From NCBI GenBank assembly GCA_963764885.1, contig CAVXUH010000009.1, forward strand, positions 16,540 to 80,539: 64,000 bases of DNA, written 5' to 3'. A model generated the notes under the pieces. The model saw nothing but the letters and a program-made list of their open reading frames with translations. It was not told the origin of the DNA and did no database searches. Of the stretch, positions 39,028-47,635 are shown in pieces (the first letter of the stretch is position 1; each line of letters opens with the position of its first letter). The translations under genes were made by a program, and so were the position numbers. The DNA comes from Candidatus Aminicenantes bacterium (GTDB lineage Bacteria > Acidobacteriota > Aminicenantia > Aminicenantales > UBA8522).

Positions 39028-39609
39028 CTATTTCAGGATGACTGCGCAGGACCCGACGATTTCGGGGTCGTTCTTGTCGCTGACCGAGATCGTGATCTGG
39101 TCGCCCGGCTTGAACCCCGGATTCTTGAAGTAGAGCTTCGTCCTGAACCCGACCTGGCCGGCCATGGAGCCCCGGTCGGTCGGCAGGGGGCCCCGGCCCA
39201 GGACTGGGAAGAAATCCTGGTCAGAGGGAAACTGGTAATTGGCGAGATGGGAAAGAACGATCGTTTCCTTACCCAAACGGCCGTAGAGCGTCATGTCCCC
39301 GAGCGCGCCCTTATATTGGCCCCGCCATTCCTTGAGCGAGGGCATCTTGTACTCCTGTCCGTTATAGGTCATGGTCACGTCATCCCGTTCCACGGAAATA
39401 TTCTTCGGGCCGGTGGTGACCATGAAGGCCATGAACATGACATAGGGACTGTCCAGCCTGCGGACGGCCAGGGCCGCGTCGATGGTCAGGACGATCTCGC
39501 CCTGGCTGCTCGCGAAAACGTGCTGGCCGAGCTCGGTCGTCTGAGCGGAGACAGTTGCGGCCAAAGCCAAAACACCCAAGAGTAAGAGTGATGATTTCAG
39601 GATCTTCAT
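39028..39609 (-). CDS. Secreted hypothetical protein, paralog A of a divergent pair
   Basis: Signal peptide MKILKSSLLLLGVLALAATVSAQ. Shares DVTM.Y.GQEYKMPS..E.R and DFFP...PLP...GS..G..GF.TK.YFKNPGF..GD..TI.V.DKN.P.I.G...V.LK with 39862..40440. Confidence 0.6.
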   Translation of the reverse strand: MKILKSSLLLLGVLALAATVSAQTTELGQHVFASSQGEIVLTIDAALAVRRLDSPYVMFMAFMVTTGPKNISVERDDVTMTYNGQEYKMPSLKEWRGQYKGALGDMTLYGRLGKETIVLSHLANYQFPSDQDFFPVLGRGPLPTDRGSMAGQVGFRTKLYFKNPGFKPGDQITISVSDKNDPEIVGSCAVILK

Positions 39610-39861
39610 GGAAGCTCTCTCCTATCTACTTTCATGTTAGCCCTTTTCCGGGCCGGCGTCCAGGCGCCATCCGCCGCGCTCGGGTCGAGGATGGCGTCAG
39701 GGGTGTCCTCGATTCGGGGCCTTTGCTGCCCGGTGTCCTGGCCTGAGGACAGGCCGGAGGGCGGATTTCGTGGGGATGTTATCAGGGGATGTGAGGCTGG
39801 AATCCATCGCCGGCGACGCCTTGGCACGTAGATTGCATACATCATGGGCAAGGAGGCTGAA

Positions 39862-40440
39862 ATGAAAGCTCTGAGAATCATATTCGCACTGGTTGCCCTG
39901 TGCGCCGCCGTCTATCCGCAGACCAAGGACCTCGGCTTGGGCGCCTTTGCCAACGAATCGGGACCGATCTTGATCGCCGTCGATGCCCAGGCGGCCATCG
40001 AGCAGATAAAAAACCCGTACGTCCTGTTCGTCGTCTACATGGCGGCCAAGAGCCCGAACCAGAACATCGTCGTCTCCCGGAACGATGTGACCATGGTCTA
40101 TAAGGGCCAGGAGTACAAGATGCCGTCTATCGAGGAGTTCCGGAAGAACTACAACAGCGAGATCCGCGACATCGAGTTCTACCGGCACCTGGCCAAGGCC
40201 GGCATCCAGTCGACCTGGATCCGGTTCTATAAGTTCACGACCAGGACGGACTTTTTCCCGCCGCTGACCCTGAGGGCGCCCTTGCCGGTGGAGGAGGGGT
40301 CCCTGCTCGGCTACATCGGCTTCAGCACCAAGTGCTATTTTAAGAACCCGGGGTTCGAGAAAGGGGATAAGCTGACGATCAAGGTCAGGGACAAGAATAA
40401 TCCCCAGATCACGGGCGAAGTCGAGGTGACGCTCAAGTAA
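39862..40440 (+). CDS. Secreted hypothetical protein, paralog B of a divergent pair
   Basis: The start is taken at ATG 39862 (AAGGAGG RBS), giving MKALRIIFALVALCAAVYPQ. Homologous along its full length to 39028..39609. Confidence 0.6.
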   Translation: MKALRIIFALVALCAAVYPQTKDLGLGAFANESGPILIAVDAQAAIEQIKNPYVLFVVYMAAKSPNQNIVVSRNDVTMVYKGQEYKMPSIEEFRKNYNSEIRDIEFYRHLAKAGIQSTWIRFYKFTTRTDFFPPLTLRAPLPVEEGSLLGYIGFSTKCYFKNPGFEKGDKLTIKVRDKNNPQITGEVEVTLK

Positions 40441-40632
40441 GGACGTCCCGAGCCTCGGCGGCTCGATCCCGCTTGACAGGCGCACGGTCCGGCATTTATC
40501 CTTCACGTGGAGGGTATGATTCCGGATTCGTGTGTCTGGCTCCGTCTCTCTGCGGCGAGGGGCTTTTCATCCCCCAAACCGGCGCCTGCCGGGCCGTCAC
40601 CGGAAATCTGGATATCAGAGCTGGAGCGTGGG

Positions 40633-41790
40633 ATGAAGGACAACCGCACCCGTTTTTCGGGCCGGCTGATCCCGGCTCTCCTGGCAGCGGCGTGCGCCCT
40701 GCTCATCGGGCCGTCCGCGGGCTTCCCGTCGGGCTCGCCGGCCGGCCAGGCTGAACCCGGGTCCGGCCGTGCGCTCTACCTGGCCGCCTGCGCGAACTGT
40801 CACGGCGCCAACGGCCAGGGCGTCTCGCAGAGCATCCTCGGGTTTGACCTCAAGATCCGCGATTTCACGGATTGCCAGGCGACGGCGCGGGAGCCGGACT
40901 CCGACTGGGTGGCCGTCGGGCTCCTGGGAGGACCGGCCAGGGGCTTTTCCGAGCTGATGCCGGCCTTCGACGGGCTCCTGACGATCGAGGAGGTCGGCCT
41001 GATCGTGGCGCACATGCGGACATTCTGTCCCGACCGGCGCTGGCCCCGCGGCGAGCTCAACCTCCCCCGGGCTCTGGTCACGGAGAAGGCCTTTCCCGAG
41101 GACGAAGCCGTCATCACGAGTGCTATCGATACCGGGGGGAACGGCCTGATCAGCAACAAGATCGTCTACGAGCAACGGCTGGGCTGGGGCAGCCAGTTCG
41201 AGATCGTGGCCCCTTTCGGATGGCGGCGGATGCCCGCTTTGCCCGGCGCGCCGGAGTGGAGCTCGAGCCTGGGCGACGTGGCCGTCGGAGCCAAGCGTCT
41301 CCTCTACCACAGCTTCGAACGGGGCTCGGTTCTGAGCGCCACTGCCGAGCTGGTCACGCCCACGGGCGACGAAGCCCGCGGCTTCGGCAAGGGCACCTTC
41401 ATCTTTGAGCCCTTCCTCAGCTTCGGCCAGCTGCTGCCGGCGGATTTCTTCCTTCAGGTCCAGGCCGGGGTCGAGCTTCCCTTCCGGAGCCGGAAGGCTG
41501 AGAAGGAAGGCTTCCTCAGGCTGGTCGTGGGCCGGAGCTTCGATACCGGCCGGCTGGGCCGCACCCTGTCGCCGATGGTCGAGCTGGTGGGCGCCGGCGA
41601 GCTGAGCGGCACGGCCGTGACCTCTTGGGACGTCGTCCCGCAGTTTCAGGTGACGCTCAACAAGCGGAAAAACATCATGGCCAACTTCGGCGTGCGCCTG
41701 CCGGTTAACGCCACTTCGGGCCGGCACACCCAAGTCGTTTTCTACCTGTTGTGGGATTGGTTCGATGGAACGCTCTTCGAAGGATGGTGA
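40633..41790 (+). CDS. Monohaem cytochrome c domain fused to a putative outer-membrane beta-barrel (MetA/phenol-degradation-like)
   Basis: Signal peptide; one CXXCH (CANCH) in the first ~130 aa. Then alternating-hydrophobic strands (e.g. GDVAVGAKRLLYHSF, LSATAELVTPTG, GTFIFEPFLSFGQLL, FFLQVQAGVELPF) and a terminal ..TLFEGW aromatic end. GGAG RBS before ATG 40633. Confidence 0.6.
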   Translation: MKDNRTRFSGRLIPALLAAACALLIGPSAGFPSGSPAGQAEPGSGRALYLAACANCHGANGQGVSQSILGFDLKIRDFTDCQATAREPDSDWVAVGLLGGPARGFSELMPAFDGLLTIEEVGLIVAHMRTFCPDRRWPRGELNLPRALVTEKAFPEDEAVITSAIDTGGNGLISNKIVYEQRLGWGSQFEIVAPFGWRRMPALPGAPEWSSSLGDVAVGAKRLLYHSFERGSVLSATAELVTPTGDEARGFGKGTFIFEPFLSFGQLLPADFFLQVQAGVELPFRSRKAEKEGFLRLVVGRSFDTGRLGRTLSPMVELVGAGELSGTAVTSWDVVPQFQVTLNKRKNIMANFGVRLPVNATSGRHTQVVFYLLWDWFDGTLFEGW

Positions 41791-41794
41791 GACC

Positions 41795-43423
41795 ATGACC
41801 CGGGCGAAGATTCGAATCTTTCCGCTGCTGAGCTCAGCGGTGGCCATGCTGGCCGCCGGGGCGCTGGCCCAGGCCCCGCCGCTCGCTCCGCGCTTTTTCC
41901 ACGCCGCCGACCGGTGCGTCGCCTGCCACAACGGCGTCGTCTCGCCCCGGGGGCAGGATATATCCTTCGGGACCGACTGGCGGCCCTCGATGATGGCCAA
42001 TTGCGCCCGCGACCCTTATTGGCAGGCCTCGGTCCGGCGCGAATCCCTGGTCCACCCGACGGCCCGGGCCGCCATCGAAAACGAATGCTCGGCCTGCCAC
42101 ATGCCGATGGCCCGGTTCGAAGCCAAGGCAGCCGGGCAATTGGGGGAGGTCTTCGCCAACCTCCAGGGCGCCCGGGCGCTGAGCCCCATGGGTCTCCTGG
42201 CAATCGACGGCGTGTCCTGCTCGATGTGTCACCAGATCGAGGACAAGGGACTCGGCCAGAGATCGAGCTTCACCGCGGGCTTCGGCGTGGATACCGCAAC
42301 CCCCTTCGGCCGGCGCCGGGCCTTCGGCCCCTACAAGATCGACAAGGGCCGGCAATCGCTGATGCGGTCCTCCTCGCAGTTCATCCCCACCGAGGTCTCC
42401 TACATCCGCGAATCCGAGCTCTGCGCCACCTGCCACACTCTTTTTACCCAGGCGCTCGATCAGGACGGGAAGGTAGTGGGGGAGTTGCCCGAACAGGTCC
42501 CCTATCTCGAGTGGAAACACAGCGCCTATCCCAACGGCCGGAGCTGCCAGTCCTGCCACATGCCGGCCGTCGACGTCGAGACGCCGATCACGGGAGTGAT
42601 GGGCAAGCCGCGGACCGACGTGGCCCGGCACGTTTTTCGGGCGGGCAATTTCTTCATGCCCAGGCTCCTCAACGTGAACCGCTTCGAGCTCAACGTTGCC
42701 GCCCTGCCCAGGGACCTGGACGCGGCCGCCCTCGCCACGGTCGAGCACCTACAGACATCTTCGGCGACCGTGGCCGTCGAGTCGGCGGCGATCAACGACG
42801 GGCGCCTGGAGGCCCGGGTGGCCGTCCAGAATCTCGCGGGGCACAAGCTCCCTTCCGCCTATCCCTCCCGGCGCGCCTGGATGCACCTCACGGTGCGCGA
42901 CGGGTCCGACCGGGTCGTTTTCGAATCCGGGGCGCTGAGACAGGACGGGTCCATCTCGGGGAACGACAATGATGCCGCTCCGGACGTATTTGAAGCCCAT
43001 TACGACCGGATCGACAAGCCGGGACAGGTCCAGGTCTACGAGGGAATCCTGGAGGGACCCGACAGGAAGGTGACCACGGTCCTGCTGACGGCGATCCGCT
43101 ATGTCAAGGACAACCGGCTGCTGCCGGACGGGTTCGACAAGACCACGGCGCCCGGCGATATCGCCGTCAGGGGCGGGGCGCTGGACGACGGCAATTTCGG
43201 GGGCGGGCACGACCGGATCCTCTATGCCGTGGACCTGAACGGCGCTCAGGGCCCGTTCGAGGTCCAGGCGGAGCTCTGGTACCAGCCCATCGCCTACCGC
43301 TGGGCGCACAACCTGGAGGAGCAGGACGCCGCTGAGATCCGGCGCTTCATTTCCTATTACACGGCCCTATCGGCGGAGTCGGCCGTGATCCTGGCCAAGG
43401 GCCGCCTTGTTTCGAACCCGTAA
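41795..43423 (+). CDS. Secreted pentahaem c-type cytochrome with a non-haem C-terminal domain
   Basis: Five CXXCH motifs (CVACH, CSACH, CSMCH, CATCH, CQSCH), a signal peptide, and a C-terminal ~250 aa with GHKLPSAYPSRRAW and KDNRLLPDGF. Starts 4 nt after the previous stop. Confidence 0.8.
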   Translation: MTRAKIRIFPLLSSAVAMLAAGALAQAPPLAPRFFHAADRCVACHNGVVSPRGQDISFGTDWRPSMMANCARDPYWQASVRRESLVHPTARAAIENECSACHMPMARFEAKAAGQLGEVFANLQGARALSPMGLLAIDGVSCSMCHQIEDKGLGQRSSFTAGFGVDTATPFGRRRAFGPYKIDKGRQSLMRSSSQFIPTEVSYIRESELCATCHTLFTQALDQDGKVVGELPEQVPYLEWKHSAYPNGRSCQSCHMPAVDVETPITGVMGKPRTDVARHVFRAGNFFMPRLLNVNRFELNVAALPRDLDAAALATVEHLQTSSATVAVESAAINDGRLEARVAVQNLAGHKLPSAYPSRRAWMHLTVRDGSDRVVFESGALRQDGSISGNDNDAAPDVFEAHYDRIDKPGQVQVYEGILEGPDRKVTTVLLTAIRYVKDNRLLPDGFDKTTAPGDIAVRGGALDDGNFGGGHDRILYAVDLNGAQGPFEVQAELWYQPIAYRWAHNLEEQDAAEIRRFISYYTALSAESAVILAKGRLVSNP

Positions 43424-43540
43424 CCCGGACCGCCGGCTTACTTCCAGCTTTTGAGGACGACGGCGCGCGAGCCCGGCTGGACAACCAGCGCAGGTTCCCT
43501 ATATCATCGGGGGGATATCCAAACAGGTTTTGTGAAAACC

Positions 43541-45196
43541 ATGAAAAAGCACCCGCCGCTCATCTGGTTTGCCTTTTTTGCCACGCTGGGCAGCGGGATC
43601 ATCGACATCCGCTCGGTGGCCGAGCCGTCGCTCCCCGCCCGCTTTTCGCTGGTCCGCGAAGTATTCCCGCTCGAATTCCTCCACCTGTCCCGGTTCCTGA
43701 CCCTGCTCATCGGCTTCGCCCTGGTCGTATCGTCGATCAACATCTACAAGAAGAAGAGGCGCGCCCACCGGCTCGTCCTCGCCCTGTCCATCGCTTCGGT
43801 CGTTTTCCACCTGACGAAAGGGCTGGATTACGAAGCCGCTTTTTTTTCGCTCGTTCTGGCCGTCATCCTCCTCGTCAGCCGGAATCACTTCAAGGTCCGG
43901 AGCAGCATCCCGGACTGGCGCTGGACATTCCTCCGTCTGGCCGCCGCCGCGGTCGTCGCCGTCGGCTACGGCATCCTGGGCTTCTACCTGCTCGACAAAC
44001 GCCACTTCGGGATCGACTTCAATCTGATCGACAGCTTTCGCCGGACCTTCGCTTTCCTGTCGCTCAGCGGCGACGGCCGGCTCGTCCCGCTCACCAGGTA
44101 CGCCCAGTGGTTTCTTGAGTCGCTTTCGCTCATCACGATCACGGCGATCGTTTACTCGCTCTATGCGGTCTTTCGCCCCGCCGTCTATAGGTTCGTCACG
44201 CTCCCTCATGAGCGGGAACAGGCGGCCGAGATCCTCAAGCGGCACGGCCGGACCGCGCTCGATTTCTTCAAGCTCGGACCGGACAAGTCGTACTTCTTCT
44301 CGGCCAGCCGCCGGAGTTTCCTGGCCTACCGGGTGGGCGCGAATTTCGCGCTCTCACTTGCGGACCCGGTCGGTCCCGGCGAGGAGATGCCGGACATCAT
44401 TCTGGGCTTCGCCGCGCACTGTGAAGAAAACGACTGGCGGGTCGCGTTTCACCAGACCCCGCCCGATCTTCTGCCACTTTACCGGGAGCTCAAGTTCAGG
44501 AAGCTGAAGATCGGCGACGAGGCCATCGTCGACCTCGGGGAATTCGCGCTCGAAGGAAAGAGGATGAAGCACCTCCGCCATCACGTCAACCAGATGGAAA
44601 GGGCCGGCATGGAGTTTCGGGCCGAGGAGCCGCCGATCTCCGATGGACTCATGAGCCAGCTCAAGGATGTCTCGGACGATTGGCTGAAGATCCCTGGCCG
44701 GCGGGAGCGTGGCTTCACAATGGGCACCTTTAGCGAGGACGGCCTGCGGGCTTGCCCGGTCGCCGCGGCCGTGGATGCCCATGGCCGGGTGCAGGCTTTC
44801 ATGAATATCATCCCTTCCTATTGTCCGGGCGAGACGACGATCGACCTGATGCGGCACCGCCAGGCCGCACCCGACGGGGTCATGGATTATCTCTTCATCA
44901 AGCTCTTCGACAGGCAGCGGGAAAAGGGTTTTACGCGGTTCAACCTGGGCATGGCTCCCATGTCCGGCTTCCAGGAGGGCGAGAACGCTTCGGCCGAGGA
45001 GCGCGCCGTCCATTTCTTCCTCCAGCGCCTGAATTTCCTTTTCAGCTACACGGGGCTCTACCAGTATAAAAAGAAGTTCGCCACGAGCTGGGAACCCCGC
45101 TACGAAATCTACCAGAACGTGATGGACCTTCCCCGGCTGATCTTGGCCCTGAACAAGGTCGCCTCGGTCGACGGCGGAGAGCTTCCGGATGAATGA
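43541..45196 (+). CDS. Aminoacyl-phosphatidylglycerol synthase-like protein (MprF synthase domain / DUF2156 with N-terminal TM helices)
   Basis: TM-rich N-terminus. The C-terminal domain has LDFFKLGPDKSYFF, RRSFLAYRVGANFALSLADPVG, HLRHHVNQMERAG, ERGFTMG, FNLGMAPMSG and LYQYKKKF, typical of the lysyl-PG synthase domain. Confidence 0.8.
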   Translation: MKKHPPLIWFAFFATLGSGIIDIRSVAEPSLPARFSLVREVFPLEFLHLSRFLTLLIGFALVVSSINIYKKKRRAHRLVLALSIASVVFHLTKGLDYEAAFFSLVLAVILLVSRNHFKVRSSIPDWRWTFLRLAAAAVVAVGYGILGFYLLDKRHFGIDFNLIDSFRRTFAFLSLSGDGRLVPLTRYAQWFLESLSLITITAIVYSLYAVFRPAVYRFVTLPHEREQAAEILKRHGRTALDFFKLGPDKSYFFSASRRSFLAYRVGANFALSLADPVGPGEEMPDIILGFAAHCEENDWRVAFHQTPPDLLPLYRELKFRKLKIGDEAIVDLGEFALEGKRMKHLRHHVNQMERAGMEFRAEEPPISDGLMSQLKDVSDDWLKIPGRRERGFTMGTFSEDGLRACPVAAAVDAHGRVQAFMNIIPSYCPGETTIDLMRHRQAAPDGVMDYLFIKLFDRQREKGFTRFNLGMAPMSGFQEGENASAEERAVHFFLQRLNFLFSYTGLYQYKKKFATSWEPRYEIYQNVMDLPRLILALNKVASVDGGELPDE

Positions 45197-46233
45197 TCGC
45201 CGGGGCCCGGGAGGCGGGGAGCGGCCCCCGGCGGGTCATCGCCAGGCCGGCGCAAGAAACGCCATCCTGGGTTATCTCCTGGCGGTCATCTTCCTGGTTT
45301 GGGTGCTGCACGATATCGAGTTGGGCCGGCTGTTCCAAAACGCCGCGCGCCTCAGCTGGCCGCTGGTCGCCCTCGCCCTGCTTTTGGACGTGCTGAGCTA
45401 CGCCTGCGCCGGACTGAGATGGGATATCCTGCTCCGGCCTGTCGGCCGCCTCGGGTTTCTCCGGACGACGCAGGCTATCTACGCGGGCCTCTTCCTCAAC
45501 GAGGTCCTGCCGATGCGGGTGGGCGAGCTGGCCCGGGCCTACCTCGTATCGGGTTGGCTGCACGCCGACGTCCTCCGGGCTGCTCCGTCGATGACGATCG
45601 AGCGTCTGTCCGAGGGTATCTGGCTCGCCGTCGGCATCGGCCTGACGGCCGTGTCGGTGCCGCTCCCGAAGGACCTCATCAGGTCGGGCGACATCGCCGG
45701 TGCCGTTGTCCTTGCCGGAGTCGCGGCGTTCGTCTTCTATGTTGGGCGGCGGAGGAGGCGGCCCGTCCAAGCGCCGGCGGCTCCAGCCTCGCCGCCGAAC
45801 TTGCTGAATCGGCTGCGCCGGGACCTTCAGGGCCTTGGCCGCGGTTTCAGCGAGATCGGGCTGACCTGGAACACAGCCGCCGCTTTTGGCCTTACCTTTC
45901 CGGTGTTCGCCTGCCAGGCCTTTTCCTTCTGGCTGATGATGGAGGCCTACAAGGTTCATCTGCCTTTTTGGGCCGGCGCCGCGGTCTTCCTGATCGTTCA
46001 TTTCGGCACGGCCCTTCCCAATGCGCCCGCCAATATAGGCGCCTATCAGTTCTTCTGCGTGCTCGGGCTCCGGCTGTTCGGGGTGGACAAGACGCTGGCC
46101 GTCGGATTCTCCTTCGTCGTCTTCGTTCTGCTGACCCTTCCCCTTCTCGTCATCGGCTTCCTCGCCATCGGACAGAGCGGTCTGAGTTTGGCTTCTCTCC
46201 GGGACAGGTTGAGAAAAGTCCACCGTCAAGTGA
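45189..46233 (+). CDS. LPG_synthase_TM / UPF0104-type membrane protein (MprF flippase-like); 3' end inferred
   Basis: 8 TM segments; the ATG overlaps the upstream stop. ORF 45189..46973 has no stop, but deleting one A at 46228-46229 gives ...LRKVHRQ-TGA (46231..46233). Beyond that the ORF is antisense to the MFS gene and low-complexity. Confidence 0.65.
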
Positions 46234-47486
46234 GCCGGGGCCGGGCGGTTCCGTCGCTCGTGTTCCTCGGGCGGCGGCAGCGTCCTGAAATTCCGATAGA
46301 GCAGTGCGTCATAGACGAGCTTCAGCCCTCCCGACAGGAAAAACGGCAGGCTGAGGAGGGAGGCGGAGGCCAGAAAGATGCCGGTCAGGGAGGGGGAGAG
46401 CGCGGCGCCCACCGAACGGGCGATGCTCGTCACGCCGGCGGCGGCCGACCTTTCGTCGGGCGAGACGACGGCCATCGTGTAGGACTGGCGCGTCGGGACG
46501 TCCATCTGGGAGATGCTGAAGCGGAGGAGGAGCACGGCGACGGCCAGCGGCAGCGTGGGCATCAAGGGCACGAGCAGGAGCAGGATATTCGACGGGACGT
46601 GCGTGAACACCATGGTGTTGATCAGGCCGATCTTGGCCGCCAGCCGCGCCGCCAGGAGGGACGAGAGACCGGCCAGGAGGTTCGCGCCGAAAAAGATCGA
46701 GCCGATGATCCCGGCGTCGATGCCGAACCGGATGTGGAACCAGTAGGCGATCATGGATTGGACGATCAAGCCGCCCGCGAACGCGTCGAGCGAGAAGAGC
46801 GCGCTGAGCTTGATGACCACCCGGCGCGAGCGGTGAAGGCCGAAGGCGCGGGGCGCCGCGGCGGCGCCGGGTTCCGTCTCGACCTCAACGGCCCGCGAGA
46901 GGCTGAGAAAGATCGCGGCCAGGACGAGCCCGCCGAGCGCGTAGCCGGCCAGGATCGCTCGATAGGACTCTAGCGCGGAAGCTCCGCGCGCCTGCAACCA
47001 CTGCGCCAGCCAGCCTCCCGACAGCGCGCCCGCCGCCGTGGCGAAGGACCCGGCGAGGTTGTACCAGGCGAAAACCCGGGTGCGCCGCTCGCCGGGCAGG
47101 AGCTGGCTCAGCGCCGCCTGCTCGATGGACAGGAAAGGGCCGATCTCGTTGCCGCTCGGGCTGATGACGCCGATGACGGCCGCGGCCATCAGGATGACAG
47201 CGTCGCGCGTCAGGATGAAGACCGCGCCGGCCCCGAACATCAGCAAGGCCCCGGCGAGGAGCGTCCGTTTGCGTCCGAAGCGGTCGGCCGTCGCCGTGAG
47301 CCAGAGGGTGACGACCGCGTCGCCGGCCAGGGTCAAGCTGAGGAGAAGCCCGATTTGCTCTCCGCGGAACCCGACCTGGGCGAGGTAGAGGGCCAAGACA
47401 ACGGACAGGAACCCGTAGCAGAAAAGGCGGATGATGCGCGTCGTGAAGAGGCGGACGACGTCGGGGAACTGCGTGTCTCCGGTCAT
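46226..47486 (-). CDS. MFS transporter; 3' end inferred
   Basis: 12 TM-like segments and the DRFGRKR motif. ORF 45042..47486 runs on without a stop, but the same 1-nt correction at 46228-46229 yields ...RPAPAH-TGA (46228..46226). Confidence 0.7.
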
Positions 47487-47550
47487 GCGGTGCTGGCGGC
47501 TTTCGCTTTAAATAATAGGGCGGGCCGCCTGGCAAATCAAGCCCGTCGAT

Positions 47551-47580
47551 TTGACACGGTTTGGAGCCGGAGGCTATATT
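47551..47580 (+). promoter_or_regulatory. Strong sigma70-type promoter (TTGACA-18-TATATT) of the membrane-cytochrome operon
   Basis: TTGACA at 47551..47556 and TATATT at 47575..47580. A leader hairpin GGGGCG/CGCCCC (47587..47592 / 47603..47608) follows, then a GGAG RBS before ATG 47636. Confidence 0.55.
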
Positions 47581-47635
47581 CACCTTGGGGCGTTCCGGAA
47601 GGCGCCCCGCGTCCTCAGCTTATCTGGAGTCGACC

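Noticed and set aside
45042-47486. 814-aa MFS ORF and the 594-aa ORF 45189..46973 taken as real long proteins with mutual antisense overlap
   Set aside because: The extensions are low-complexity and charged, and each is simply the antisense of the other gene. One extra base at 46228-46229 explains the loss of both stops.
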